A stretch of DNA of 58,409 nt from Bacteroidota bacterium (GTDB taxonomy: Bacteria; Bacteroidota; Bacteroidia; Cytophagales; Cyclobacteriaceae), in contig JBCCXH010000001.1 in NCBI GenBank assembly GCA_039192005.1, forward strand, positions 1 to 58,409, in the 5' to 3' direction. The number at the start of each line of letters is the position of its first letter. Positions within the stretch are counted from its first letter, which is position 1. Positions 26,630 through 36,854 of this stretch are shown here, in pieces. A model generated the notes under the pieces. The model was not told where the DNA came from. It did no database searches and saw nothing but the letters and a program-made list of their open reading frames with translations. The translations under genes and the position numbers were made by a program.

Positions 26630-27730
26630 TCACATAGCAGAAATGATTGAATTCCACTGATTTTTATGTTCAAATTTTAGAGCCGTATCCATTTCTAACA
26701 GGTTTACATAATTCTCAATAAATTCAGATGTATTGGTCAATAGCCTCAAGTAGTATTTCAAGGAATTAGTTAATCCATTTGCAATTACATGGCAACCGTG
26801 AATATTTTTAATTCGATCTATTTCTGTATCAATTTCATCTTTCTGAGACTCATCAATATTGGCTGTTGAAAGTAGATAATATCTATTTACCTGAGTAGTT
26901 TTGAATTTCTCGAATGCATCTTTTACGAGTTGTGCTGTTATAGGAATTCCATGCTTCACCTCAACCGCCTCAAAAGCTCGTCCTTTTCCATCGACAATAT
27001 CTATATCACCAATTCTTCCACTTCTAGAATCAGCTGAAGTATGACTTTCAATTTCAAGTAATTCCTTTCCTTCGAATCTTTTTGCTTCACTTATCAAACA
27101 CTCATAAGCCGCATACAAAGCCAGAGCAGGCAATCTGGAAGCCCCCTCAGATGAATACTTTGATTCAAAGTGGATTGAAAGCAATTTGATTATTGTTCCT
27201 ATTGGCAAATTAAGTGGTTTCGCTAAATCAATTTGTTGGCTATTTCTCTTGATTATTAACCCTTGAAACAAGTAGCTCAATATTTCAGTCAGATTATCAC
27301 CCTCTTGAATGGCATTTATTGTTTCAAGAAAAGCGGTCTTCAAACTATCCGGTCTGATTGCTCCAGAATAATCGGTATCATATGGAATTTTTTGTTCAAG
27401 AGATCTAGTCAACCATCCACTTTCAGCCATTGCAGGAAACCTCACTGATTTCAGGAAAGGTGTCACGTATTTGGCATCAAATGTTCTTCCAGAGTAGCCC
27501 TCAGGAATACTCGTTTGATGTCTTCTAATATCTTGATCAGAATGTAATATTTTGTAAGCCAGACTTGTAATTATAACAGTTAAAACAGCTTTGGAAGATT
27601 CAGATCTATTTAAAATCTCATCCAATTGTTCAGTCAAGGAAGACCCTAATTGGGAGCAGATTGTATCATTTGATCCCACCAATTTCATAGCCGAAGCATA
27701 GGCTACTTTTAGTAGTTCAGTAGGTTCCAT
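26630..27730 (-). CDS. Type II restriction endonuclease (PD-(D/E)xK, possibly SacI-like)
   Basis: GDIDIV...EAVEVKH catalytic motif; overlaps and follows a C5-MTase. Confidence 0.75.
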   Translation of the reverse strand: MEPTELLKVAYASAMKLVGSNDTICSQLGSSLTEQLDEILNRSESSKAVLTVIITSLAYKILHSDQDIRRHQTSIPEGYSGRTFDAKYVTPFLKSVRFPAMAESGWLTRSLEQKIPYDTDYSGAIRPDSLKTAFLETINAIQEGDNLTEILSYLFQGLIIKRNSQQIDLAKPLNLPIGTIIKLLSIHFESKYSSEGASRLPALALYAAYECLISEAKRFEGKELLEIESHTSADSRSGRIGDIDIVDGKGRAFEAVEVKHGIPITAQLVKDAFEKFKTTQVNRYYLLSTANIDESQKDEIDTEIDRIKNIHGCHVIANGLTNSLKYYLRLLTNTSEFIENYVNLLEMDTALKFEHKNQWNSIISAM

Positions 27731-28943
27731 TAATATCCAATAATTGTTTTTTGATTTGATCAGCTACCGCCTTGATCATCGGGATTGCAACTGAATTGCC
27801 TATTTGCCGATACAACTCTCCTTTATTGTAGATTAGTTTGAAATTGTTGGGAAATCCCATAATTCGATAACATTCTTGAATAGTCAATTTCCTTACTTGT
27901 CCTTCATGAAGTATCCAAAATCGTCCAGAAGATTCTTGTGAAGGAAGAGCTGGGTGAACTCCTTCAGTTGAATAAATACGATTTGGCTGTTTATGAACTC
28001 TTGAAAGATGCTCTGTCCCTGGTCTTACACCTGCTTTTCGGATCGTTTTATTACGATAACCGGCAAAAATTAAACCTGAATCTTGTTGCTTTTGATCCTC
28101 AAGAATAGTGTAAGGTTCCTCTAAAAACTCAAAATTATTCTCATGATCCAAAAAATCTTTAAGAACAGGCTTAGAAGATTTTTCTAGCTTGGAAAAATCA
28201 AATTTCTTTTTCTTATGGCCAACAATGATTATTCTCTCCCTATTCTGCGGTACTCCAAAGTCTGAGGCGTTCAGTACTTTTTTGGATACGACATATTCGA
28301 GTTCTTCCAAATGACGAATGATTGTATTAAGGGTTCTTCTTTTGTCGTGATAAACCAGATGCTTGACGTTTTCAAGTAAAACTACTTCTGGCTGGTGTTC
28401 TTCAATTATCTCAAAGACATGGTAAATCAGTGTACCCCGAGTGTCCTCAAATCCCTTCATCTTACCGGAGATGCTAAATGGTTGACAAGGAAATCCAGCA
28501 CAAAGAATGTTATGTTTAGGGACAATGCTAACGTCTAATCTTGTAATATCTCCAAATGGGACTTCCCCAAAATTCAGTTCATAGGCTCTCTGAGCATGAT
28601 AATTAAACTCTGAGGAAAAGAGACATTTTCCACCAAGTTCTTGCAAGGGAATTCTAAATCCTCCAATACCAGAAAAAAGATCTACAAAAGTAAATTCTTC
28701 ATTTTCAGGTGCTGGAAATGGCACATCCCACTTTATAGGAAGCATTGCCTGTAGTTCAGGCTCAGAAATAATATGTAAATCCTCATTTATTTTATTGAAA
28801 TAAGATGTTGCTCTCGCCTCATAAGATTTAGAAACTGCATTCGTATGATTGTGCAAATAGTGAGTTAGAAATGCCAAATCTTCGGCATTGCCATTCAGTG
28901 TCTCTGCATTCAATTTATCTCTAAGTTCGGAGTACGCTATCAT
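27717..28943 (-). CDS. dcm: DNA (cytosine-5)-methyltransferase
   Basis: FVDLFSGIGG, GFPCQPFS, ENVK, PQNRER and QIGNSVAI motifs. Confidence 0.96.
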   Translation of the reverse strand: MIAYSELRDKLNAETLNGNAEDLAFLTHYLHNHTNAVSKSYEARATSYFNKINEDLHIISEPELQAMLPIKWDVPFPAPENEEFTFVDLFSGIGGFRIPLQELGGKCLFSSEFNYHAQRAYELNFGEVPFGDITRLDVSIVPKHNILCAGFPCQPFSISGKMKGFEDTRGTLIYHVFEIIEEHQPEVVLLENVKHLVYHDKRRTLNTIIRHLEELEYVVSKKVLNASDFGVPQNRERIIIVGHKKKKFDFSKLEKSSKPVLKDFLDHENNFEFLEEPYTILEDQKQQDSGLIFAGYRNKTIRKAGVRPGTEHLSRVHKQPNRIYSTEGVHPALPSQESSGRFWILHEGQVRKLTIQECYRIMGFPNNFKLIYNKGELYRQIGNSVAIPMIKAVADQIKKQLLDINGTY

Positions 28944-28945
28944 GG

Positions 28946-29272
28946 CTAAAATTTTAATTTTCCCTGTTTGTGTTTTTTGTTTCTCAAGTATTTTGCTTTC
29001 TCTTCTGCCAATTTCAAAACTTCTTGAGGTTCATCATATGAGTAAATTATTTCTGCGACTTGTTGGCTGTAAAATTCCCGTTCAAGCTCTTTCATATTGA
29101 GTTCAAAGGCATTTGCAAGTTTCGGAAGTATTTCTTTTGGTATTGTTCTTTTGCCATTTTCAATCTTCGATAAGGTGGATTGATCTATATCCAAAGCAGC
29201 CGCTAACTTTGTTAACGTTAACCCAGATTCGGATCGTAATTTGTGAATGTATTCACCAAATGTTTCCCTCAT
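28946..29272 (-). CDS. XRE/Cro HTH regulator (controller-protein position of the R-M operon)
   Basis: TFGEYIHKLRSESGLTLTKLAAALDIDQSTLSKIENGKR; start at 29272 is preferred over 29299. Confidence 0.88.
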   Translation of the reverse strand: MRETFGEYIHKLRSESGLTLTKLAAALDIDQSTLSKIENGKRTIPKEILPKLANAFELNMKELEREFYSQQVAEIIYSYDEPQEVLKLAEEKAKYLRNKKHKQGKLKF

Positions 29273-29274
29273 AT

Positions 29275-29294
29275 TCTTGACAAATTTGTCAAGA
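29275..29294. promoter_or_regulatory. Perfect 20-bp palindrome, probable operator of the HTH regulator
   Basis: TCTTGACAAATTTGTCAAGA is its own reverse complement and lies 2 nt upstream of ATG 29272. Confidence 0.75.
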
Positions 29295-29848
29295 TTCATT
29301 TAGAGAAACAAGTTCAATCAGCACCTTAATAATAATATAGATGTTATAGAGGGTGGGGTATCTTATGGTTTTTCGGAGAACAGGTTGCATCAACAGAAAC
29401 CAAATGTGTGAAATATACGGTATATCAACACAATGGAATGGAACTTAATTTATCTCTTTCTTATCCAAAATTTGATTTTTTATATTATTCTATTGAATCA
29501 ACAATTTATGAAAGATAATCAAAATATTCATAGTCTTTGGTTTCGAAACATCTTTACAAAGAATCATATATAAAATATTAACAAGGATAGATTTTAACCG
29601 AAAATCAAGGTTTTGTAAAGGATTCTATAAACAATTTCAATTCCGATTTTTCCCTTTCAAATAGAATCAAAATCCTTTATTTTCTAATAAACAATTACTC
29701 TCTCGAAAACTGATCCAACATGTATCGTGAAGGAACCAATGCAGGACAGGCAACCAAATATCTTAAAAGATTCATCTCCTTATTCAGGTCGGGGTTTGAT
29801 AATATCGTTATGCAAAATATTTTTACTATCCCAATTAATTATAACTGT

Positions 29849-32383
29849 ATGATGAAAAAAAGATATGCAATCTATTTGGTGCTATGCTATGCTTCGATAA
29901 TCAAAGCATCCGCACAAAATACTTCTTTACGCTTTGATGGGATAGATGACAAAGTCAGTATCCCTCACGATGATGCGTTTAACATTGGTTCTGGTTTTAC
30001 GATTGAAGCCTGGATCAACGCAAACAACTGGAAGTCAAATGTATGGGCAGGCTCCATTGTGACCAAAGACGGATCAGGACCGGACTCCGGCTTTGCTTTT
30101 AGATGTGGAAATAATGGTTCGTTGAGCTTCGTTATGAGCAATCAGGGGAGCTGGTTTGAAGTCGCTTCTGCACCCGTCATGGATGCCAAGGTATGGATAC
30201 ATGTGGCAGTGGTAGTCAGCAGTGGCAATATTTCCTTGCTGGTCAACGGAAATAGTGTAGCCAGTGGCTCATTTACCGGGGCTAACCTAACCAATCAACT
30301 GGACCTCACCATTGGCGAATCTTCCGGATTTCCGGGGAGGGTGTTTGATGGCCAAATCGACGAAGTAAGAATATGGAGTGTCGCGCGGTCTCTGCAAGAA
30401 ATCAGAGACCACTACACCTTAGAGCTAGTTGGTGACGAGGAACATCTAGAAGCTTACTATCTTATGAATGAAGGAGCCGGCACCACACTGACCAATCGGG
30501 CCATCAATTCATCGGTAGGTAATGGAACGCTGGGTGGTTTTAACAACCCCTGGCAGCCAGGATTTGAATTGCCAACAAACGATGTGGGCGTCGTATCGAT
30601 AGCCTCCCCTGACCAGATTAATGTATTTGAGCGGCCTTCGACCATCAAGATGACCATCAAAAACTTTGGATTTAATGATGTTTCCAACGTTCCACTATCC
30701 TATCGTATCAATGGTATGGAAGCGGTAGATGAGGTAGCTAACGTTACGTTGGCCCCGGGTGAGTCGTATACCCATACGTTTAGTGGGTTGGTAAACTTTA
30801 CGGGTAGTGATGAGTATGTGGTTCATCTTACGACTGGCCTCGACGATGACAAAAACGAACTCAATGATGAACTCTCAGTCGCTTATGAAAAACCGGCGGG
30901 CTCGGCAAACAGGAGAATCATTGCCTTTGACCGTATGCAGCACAATTTTGGACTGGCTGGTCAGCAACAGTTTACAACCACGATTTTTCCCAATGACCTT
31001 TCCGGCTACAGTAAAATCCTACTCCACATCAAAGTGGAATGTCCGGATGGAGGGTGCGATCCGTGGGATCAGCCAGGTAAGATTTCTGCATTTTCCGACA
31101 ATAGAGAAGTTGAAATCGCTCGATTTATCACCCCTTTTGGGATCGGAATCTGTGGGCCGTGGACAGTAGATGTTACTGATTTTAAAACCCTGCTACAGGG
31201 CGAGACGGAGTTAAGGTCTTACATCCAGGTGTGGGGAGCTTCAGGATGGCTACTCACCGCTGAATTTGAGTTTGTGGAAAGCACGGATGCTCCTGTCTTT
31301 CAAAAGCTATCTACCCTATGGAGCGATGATTACGTGGTCTATGGAGATCCCAGCATCAGCCATGACCTCCCGGAACAGTCAGTTCTTATTGACCCCACTA
31401 CCAGTAATGCTCACATCAGACTTACGGTCACCGGACATGGCCAGGCCAACACAGACAATGCAGCCGAGTTTAGCGATAAGACGCATCAGCTTTTTGTAAA
31501 TAATGCGGTGGAAACATCCCATCGGCTCTGGAAGCCAGACTGTATTTCCAATCCTTGCAGCCCACAAAACGGAACCTGGACCTTTGCCCGGGCTGGGTGG
31601 TGCCCGGGGCAGGGCGTTGAGCCATTCATAAAAGATATTTCCGGTTCCATTACACCGGGAGGCACGGTCTTAGTAGACTACGAACTGGAGGACTACACCA
31701 ACCTGCTCAACACGGGGTATAATGGGGGCTCTCATACCGAACCTCACTACCGTATCTGGGGCTATTTGATTGAGGAGAGCAGCGAAAGGTTTGAAGACTA
31801 CTCCAACCTACTCGCAAGTAACCTTTACCTGGATGCTGATACGACAAACAACGTTGTGACCATTGGTGCACTTACACTAACCCTGCAAAACAATGGCACG
31901 ACACCGGTAACAAACCCTACCGTTAAATATTATGTGAACAATGAAATGATTTCGGAAGAAACTATCGATGCGACGATTGAAGCAGGGGGCACGATCGCAT
32001 ATGATTTCCAGACGTCGGCAAAATATACTGGAGGGAAGCGCCATGAAATTATTGCCGTGTTGTCTTCCGATGCTGATCAAAACGCGGAAGACGATGCAAT
32101 TTCCCTGGTATTTGGAGCCAACCTCTTTAAGATGAGCGAGAGAGCTGAGGTCCTGGTATATCCTAATCCGAGCCCGGATGGCATGGTCAGGATCGAAGGT
32201 CTGAAACGAAATGAAAGCTATAAAGTAAAGGTTTATGATACTTCCGGCAGGCTGGTAGGGCTATGGGACCTGACCGGTAAGGAAAAATTTGAAATCAATA
32301 ACCGTTCTGGTCTTTACGAATTGATGACCATCATCGGGTCGGGTCAGGTCAGATCTACCTACAGGCTGTTTAATAAAGATTGA
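29849..32383 (+). CDS. T9SS-secreted protein: LamG + CARDB-like + PNGase-F-related + CARDB-like + T9SS CTD
   Basis: Signal peptide; FTIEAWI...FDGQIDEVRIW (LamG); CDPWD, EIARFITPFG, TGHG, AAEF, RAGWCPG (PNGase F family); VYPNPS...VYDTSGRLV CTD. Confidence 0.88.
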   Translation: MMKKRYAIYLVLCYASIIKASAQNTSLRFDGIDDKVSIPHDDAFNIGSGFTIEAWINANNWKSNVWAGSIVTKDGSGPDSGFAFRCGNNGSLSFVMSNQGSWFEVASAPVMDAKVWIHVAVVVSSGNISLLVNGNSVASGSFTGANLTNQLDLTIGESSGFPGRVFDGQIDEVRIWSVARSLQEIRDHYTLELVGDEEHLEAYYLMNEGAGTTLTNRAINSSVGNGTLGGFNNPWQPGFELPTNDVGVVSIASPDQINVFERPSTIKMTIKNFGFNDVSNVPLSYRINGMEAVDEVANVTLAPGESYTHTFSGLVNFTGSDEYVVHLTTGLDDDKNELNDELSVAYEKPAGSANRRIIAFDRMQHNFGLAGQQQFTTTIFPNDLSGYSKILLHIKVECPDGGCDPWDQPGKISAFSDNREVEIARFITPFGIGICGPWTVDVTDFKTLLQGETELRSYIQVWGASGWLLTAEFEFVESTDAPVFQKLSTLWSDDYVVYGDPSISHDLPEQSVLIDPTTSNAHIRLTVTGHGQANTDNAAEFSDKTHQLFVNNAVETSHRLWKPDCISNPCSPQNGTWTFARAGWCPGQGVEPFIKDISGSITPGGTVLVDYELEDYTNLLNTGYNGGSHTEPHYRIWGYLIEESSERFEDYSNLLASNLYLDADTTNNVVTIGALTLTLQNNGTTPVTNPTVKYYVNNEMISEETIDATIEAGGTIAYDFQTSAKYTGGKRHEIIAVLSSDADQNAEDDAISLVFGANLFKMSERAEVLVYPNPSPDGMVRIEGLKRNESYKVKVYDTSGRLVGLWDLTGKEKFEINNRSGLYELMTIIGSGQVRSTYRLFNKD

Positions 32384-32420
32384 ATTTAGCCTGAATTCGA
32401 AGACATCTCGCTGCTGAGGT

Positions 32421-32521
32421 CAGGGCAATTGCATGTTACTATTTGAACCCTTTTATATCCGGAATTCGGAATGGAAAACAGGGGCTTTTTTTAAAGGGAA
32501 TGTAACCTGCAATTGCCCCTG
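32421..32521. repeat. Long imperfect inverted repeat (stem-loop)
   Basis: CAGGGCAATTGCATGTTAC ... GTAACCTGCAATTGCCCCTG with inner CCCTTTTA/TTAAAGGG pairing. Confidence 0.6.
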
Positions 32522-32912
32522 CTGATATAGCTATTGATGTCCTATTTTGGAACCTTCAAAAATATAATCACTTGACATTCGGTGGTTTATTTTTTTAGAT
32601 GGAGTCGTTACTATTATTTTTTATGGTTTTGTATTTATCCGGTTTTAGTAGATATTCCTACACGCGATAAGTGATTTTCCACGAAGTGAAAAACCGTTCC
32701 GGGTTCACTATGGTTAAATTTGAGGAATCAAATAATTCAATAGGAATAGGTCTCAACGTGCTACTAATCACAGGTTCGCCTGCGACAGGTAGACATAAAG
32801 CATGTTGAGCATTTTATTTAGAATAAGGGGGGTTAAGTGAAGGCCCCTTTTAGCCTTAAAAAGGCGATATTGGAATGAATAATACGATTATCAAACGGTG
32901 AGAATTAAAAAA

Positions 32913-33956
32913 ATGAAAAATATACTCTTACATGGCGTGCTATTGGCAACTGTACTGATGTCTTGTCAGCCATCCAAAGAAAAAACGGGAGAACAGGACA
33001 AGGGAAATGCGGTTAACGTGTACACGCACCGTCATTACGACGTAGACCAACAGCTTTTTGAGCGATTTCAAAAAGAGACTGGCATTAAAGTCAATGTCGT
33101 CAATGCAAATGCGGACGAACTGATCCAGAAAATGGAGGCGGAAGGCGAGGACTCACCGGCAGATGTACTCATCACCGTAGATGCCGGAAGGTTGTCGCGT
33201 GCCAAAGACAAAGGCCTCTTACAACCTGTTGCATCCGCACTCTTGGAAAAGACCATTCCCGCTCACCTGACCGACCCCGATAAGCAGTGGTTTGGACTTA
33301 CCAAACGAGCGCGCGTGATTGTGTATGCCAAAGATCGAGTCACACCGGAACAATTGTCTACTTACGAAGCGTTAGCCACCGATCAGTGGAAAGACAAAGT
33401 ACTCATTCGATCTTCTTCCAACATTTACAACCAGTCGTTGCTCGCTTCTATCATCGCCAATGATGGAGAAGAGCAGGCGAGAATGTGGGCTTCCGAGGTG
33501 CTTGAAAACATGGCCCGTGATCCTAAAGGAAACGATCGTGACCAGGTGAAAGCCGTGGCAGCCGGAGAGGGAGATCTTGCCGTCGTAAATACCTACTACA
33601 TTGGCAGGATGCTCAACTCAAAAGACCCGGAGGAACTCAAAGCGGGTGAAGCGGTGGGTATTTTCTTTCCGAACCAGGAGGACCGGGGTACCCATATCAA
33701 TATTAGCGGTGCCGGGGTGGCAGCCTATGCTCCCAATAAGGAAAACGCGATCAAGTTTATCGAGTTTTTAGCCTCTAAACCGGCGCAGGAGGTGTTTGCA
33801 CAAGCCAATTATGAATACCCGGTACACGCAGAAGTAGCTCCAGCTGAGCTGTTACAAACGTGGGGAGCATTTAAAGAAGATCCGCTGCCTTTAAATACGC
33901 TTGGACAGTACAACAAACTAGCGAACCTGATCTTTGATTCGGTAGGCTGGCCATGA
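32913..33956 (+). CDS. fbpA: Fe(3+) ABC transporter substrate-binding lipoprotein (FutA/FbpA)
   Basis: Lipobox LMSC; VYTHRHY, SPADVLITVDAGRL, RSSSNIYNQSL, VVNTYY and NYEYP motifs. Confidence 0.93.
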   Translation: MKNILLHGVLLATVLMSCQPSKEKTGEQDKGNAVNVYTHRHYDVDQQLFERFQKETGIKVNVVNANADELIQKMEAEGEDSPADVLITVDAGRLSRAKDKGLLQPVASALLEKTIPAHLTDPDKQWFGLTKRARVIVYAKDRVTPEQLSTYEALATDQWKDKVLIRSSSNIYNQSLLASIIANDGEEQARMWASEVLENMARDPKGNDRDQVKAVAAGEGDLAVVNTYYIGRMLNSKDPEELKAGEAVGIFFPNQEDRGTHINISGAGVAAYAPNKENAIKFIEFLASKPAQEVFAQANYEYPVHAEVAPAELLQTWGAFKEDPLPLNTLGQYNKLANLIFDSVGWP

Positions 33957-33990
33957 AATAGTTGTTTTATACGACTATCGATGAAACGGG

Positions 33991-34020
33991 AAAGAGGTTA
34001 CGGTGGCGTAGCCTCTTTTG
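33991..34020 (+). terminator. Intercistronic stem-loop/terminator after fbpA
   Basis: AAAGAGGTTACG-GTGG-CGTAGCCTCTTT followed by T. Confidence 0.65.
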
Positions 34021-34196
34021 GGTTTCTCATCAGGAAGCTTCAATTCCGGTTTTACGATCCGAGGTAAAAACACAGGTCAAGTGTGTGATGATAAAACAGA
34101 TCCAATATCTTCCAATAAAAGTTCGGGATTGCAAATCTGAAACAGTTCGCTAAACTCACACTACTTTTACTCCTTTTTCAACACATCCCTGACACT

Positions 34197-35840
34197 TTGC
34201 AAAGACGACTGCGCCAATACGCCAACCGAAACCGAAGAGATTTTAATGGTTGGTCTTTTACCGCATTGGCAGTCACGCTTTTTATCGGTGTCCCTACGAT
34301 CTTCATTTTTGTAAAGCTCTTTTCCGGTCCTGGAGAATCCTGGAAACACATCGCCACCTACTTGCTGCCGGGCTATCTGCGAAACTCCCTTTACCTGGCC
34401 CTTACTACCAGTTTTCTTACCATTTGCTTTGGTGTCGGCAGTGCATGGCTCAGCACCCGTTATGAGTTTCCCATGCGTAAAGCATTTGAATGGCTACTCA
34501 TCCTACCACTGGCGATTCCTTCTTACATTACTGCCTATGCCTATGCCGGCATCTTCGACTATGGTGGCTCGCTGGCCTTACTGCTTCGCCAATTTTCTTT
34601 GACGATGGGTAAACTCGACATCATGAACATTCACGGACTTGCGTTTGTCCTGGGCATCTCGCTGTATCCCTATGTTTACGTCGCCTGCCGTGCCTTCTTT
34701 CTTCATCAGTCTCAACACCTGATCGAAGCCTCTAAGGCGCTTGGAAAAGGTGAGACCCGCAGCTTTTTCAAACTCATCCTGCCCATCGCGCGGCCGGCAA
34801 TCGTAGGGGGTGTCATCCTGGTGCTCATGGAAGTCCTGAACGATTACGGTGCCGCCAAATACTACGGCGTCAATACGTTTACGACCGGGATATTCAAGTC
34901 CTGGTTTGGCTACCGGGAACCGGAAACGGCAGTCTATTTATCCGCGCTGCTATTGGCGATCATTTTTGGACTCATCCTCTTGGAACAATGGCAGCGAAAG
35001 CGAAAAAAATTTGTGACGGAAGGGAAAGGAGGAACGGCCCTGAAACGAATTCAGATACGGAAAAAGTACCGTCTTTTGTTTACCGCAGTCGTTGGGTTGC
35101 CGGTTATGCTGGGGTTTGTGTTCCCTGTTTTGCAACTTGTCTACTGGGCCTCGCTTGCCATTAAGGGCATTCAGTGGGACCAATTGTACGGCGTCGTTTT
35201 ACAAAGCCTTCTCATCGCCGCATTGGCTGCTACGTGTTGCGTGTTTTTTTCGGTGGTGTTGCTCCTGGCCGGACACTCCAACCGGTTACGATGGGTGCAG
35301 CAATTTTCGAAAGTGGGGGTGCTTGGTTATGCGATTCCGGGAGCCATCATCGCCGTAGGGGTCTATATTCCCGGATTGTACGTTGATAAATGGCTCATTA
35401 GCGTTTTCAAACAATTTTTCTCCGTCAAAATTGGCTTGTTGATCACAGGGACCGTCATCGCCTTGCTGTACGCTTATGTGGTGCGATTTCTGGCTGTGGC
35501 CTACAACCCGATTGCATCGGGCAAACAAAAAGTACCGAACGGGCTGATCGAGGCTTCGAAATCTTTAGGTAAGAATACGTTAAGCACGTTTTGGAACGTG
35601 GAACTCCCCTTGTTGAAACCGGCATTGCTCGGGTCCTTTATTTTGGTCTTCATAGACGTCATGAAAGAACTGCCACTGACCCTTATCCTCAAGCCCTATA
35701 CCGTTCAGACGCTGGCCATTGAAGCGTATCAATATGCAAGCGACGAACGCATAGCGGAGGCTGCTTTTCCTTCGCTTTTGATTGTAGCGACGGGTGTCCT
35801 TCCCGTCATTTTTTTGAATCGTTTAGCTAGAAAAGATTGA
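34197..35840 (+). CDS. fbpB: Fe(3+) ABC transporter permease
   Basis: Duplicated BPD_transp_1 domains: LPLAIPSYITAYAY, EASKALG, KELPLTLIL; TTG start. Confidence 0.92.
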   Translation: MQRRLRQYANRNRRDFNGWSFTALAVTLFIGVPTIFIFVKLFSGPGESWKHIATYLLPGYLRNSLYLALTTSFLTICFGVGSAWLSTRYEFPMRKAFEWLLILPLAIPSYITAYAYAGIFDYGGSLALLLRQFSLTMGKLDIMNIHGLAFVLGISLYPYVYVACRAFFLHQSQHLIEASKALGKGETRSFFKLILPIARPAIVGGVILVLMEVLNDYGAAKYYGVNTFTTGIFKSWFGYREPETAVYLSALLLAIIFGLILLEQWQRKRKKFVTEGKGGTALKRIQIRKKYRLLFTAVVGLPVMLGFVFPVLQLVYWASLAIKGIQWDQLYGVVLQSLLIAALAATCCVFFSVVLLLAGHSNRLRWVQQFSKVGVLGYAIPGAIIAVGVYIPGLYVDKWLISVFKQFFSVKIGLLITGTVIALLYAYVVRFLAVAYNPIASGKQKVPNGLIEASKSLGKNTLSTFWNVELPLLKPALLGSFILVFIDVMKELPLTLILKPYTVQTLAIEAYQYASDERIAEAAFPSLLIVATGVLPVIFLNRLARKD

Positions 35841-35843
35841 GTC

Positions 35844-36824
35844 ATGTTGTTGAAAATTGATCACCTATCGAAGCATTTTGACGGAGGTAAAGTCAAAGCG
35901 CTTAATGATGTTTCCCTCCAGCTAGCCAGTGGAAAAAGCTATGCCATCCTGGGAGAAAGCGGCAGCGGAAAGACCACCTTGGCACGCCTTATTGCCGGGT
36001 TGGAATCTCCTGATCAGGGAGAGATTTATCTTAATGACGTACTCATCGGCTCTGAATCACATCACGTACCTGTCGAAAAAAGAGCCATCGGGTTTGTTTT
36101 TCAGCACTACGCACTTTTTCCTCACCTTACGATTCGTGAGAACATCACCTATGGTATTTCCAACCTGGGCAATAAAAAACAGGTAGTCGAAGAGATGCTT
36201 GAGCTGGTCAACCTGGAGGGGTATGGTGCACGCTACCCTCACGAGCTATCCGGAGGCCAGCAGCAACGTGTCGCGCTGGCAAGGGCGCTTGCCACCAAAC
36301 CGGGTTTGATTATCTTGGATGAACCCTTCAGCAACCTGGACAGCACCCTGCGGGTGGACCTGCGTACGGATATTTTTGGTATTCTTCAAAAGACCGGGGT
36401 ATGCTCGGTGTTTATCACCCACAATTCGGAAGATGCCATGGCCATTGCAGACGAGATCATTGTGCTTAGTGACGGTCGGCTATTGCAACAGGCAAAACCA
36501 GAAATAATGTATTCCAGCCCTACTACACCTTACGTGGCTCGCCTGTTTGACCCGTTGATCAAATTGACCAGTTCACTATTGGAACAATTCCGTTATCAAC
36601 CGAAACCTGATGCTCGCTACTTTTTAAGAACCCATCATTTTTCATTTGATGCAACGATGGACTTCCATGCAAAAGCGTCCATTAGAAGCAGCACGTTTAT
36701 GGGGAAACATTACCAGATTGAAATCGCAATAGGCAACGATACGTTTTATGTAGCATCCCCACAAAAACCGTCGGAAACTCAGGTAGAAATCGGATGGATG
36801 GAAAAGGATTTGATGGTTTTTTGA
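35844..36824 (+). CDS. fbpC: Fe(3+) ABC transporter ATP-binding protein
   Basis: GESGSGKT, FQHYALFPHL, LSGGQQQR and LDEPFSNLD motifs. Confidence 0.93.
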   Translation: MLLKIDHLSKHFDGGKVKALNDVSLQLASGKSYAILGESGSGKTTLARLIAGLESPDQGEIYLNDVLIGSESHHVPVEKRAIGFVFQHYALFPHLTIRENITYGISNLGNKKQVVEEMLELVNLEGYGARYPHELSGGQQQRVALARALATKPGLIILDEPFSNLDSTLRVDLRTDIFGILQKTGVCSVFITHNSEDAMAIADEIIVLSDGRLLQQAKPEIMYSSPTTPYVARLFDPLIKLTSSLLEQFRYQPKPDARYFLRTHHFSFDATMDFHAKASIRSSTFMGKHYQIEIAIGNDTFYVASPQKPSETQVEIGWMEKDLMVF

Positions 36825-36854
36825 CCTTCTTTCAACAGTATCCCCTGCCATCAT

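Noticed and set aside
26430-26657. 75-aa ORF after the REase
   Set aside because: It overlaps the REase end and a hairpin and has no recognisable motifs.
33962-34153. 63-aa ORF between fbpA and fbpB
   Set aside because: TTG start, runs through a terminator-like hairpin, no protein features.
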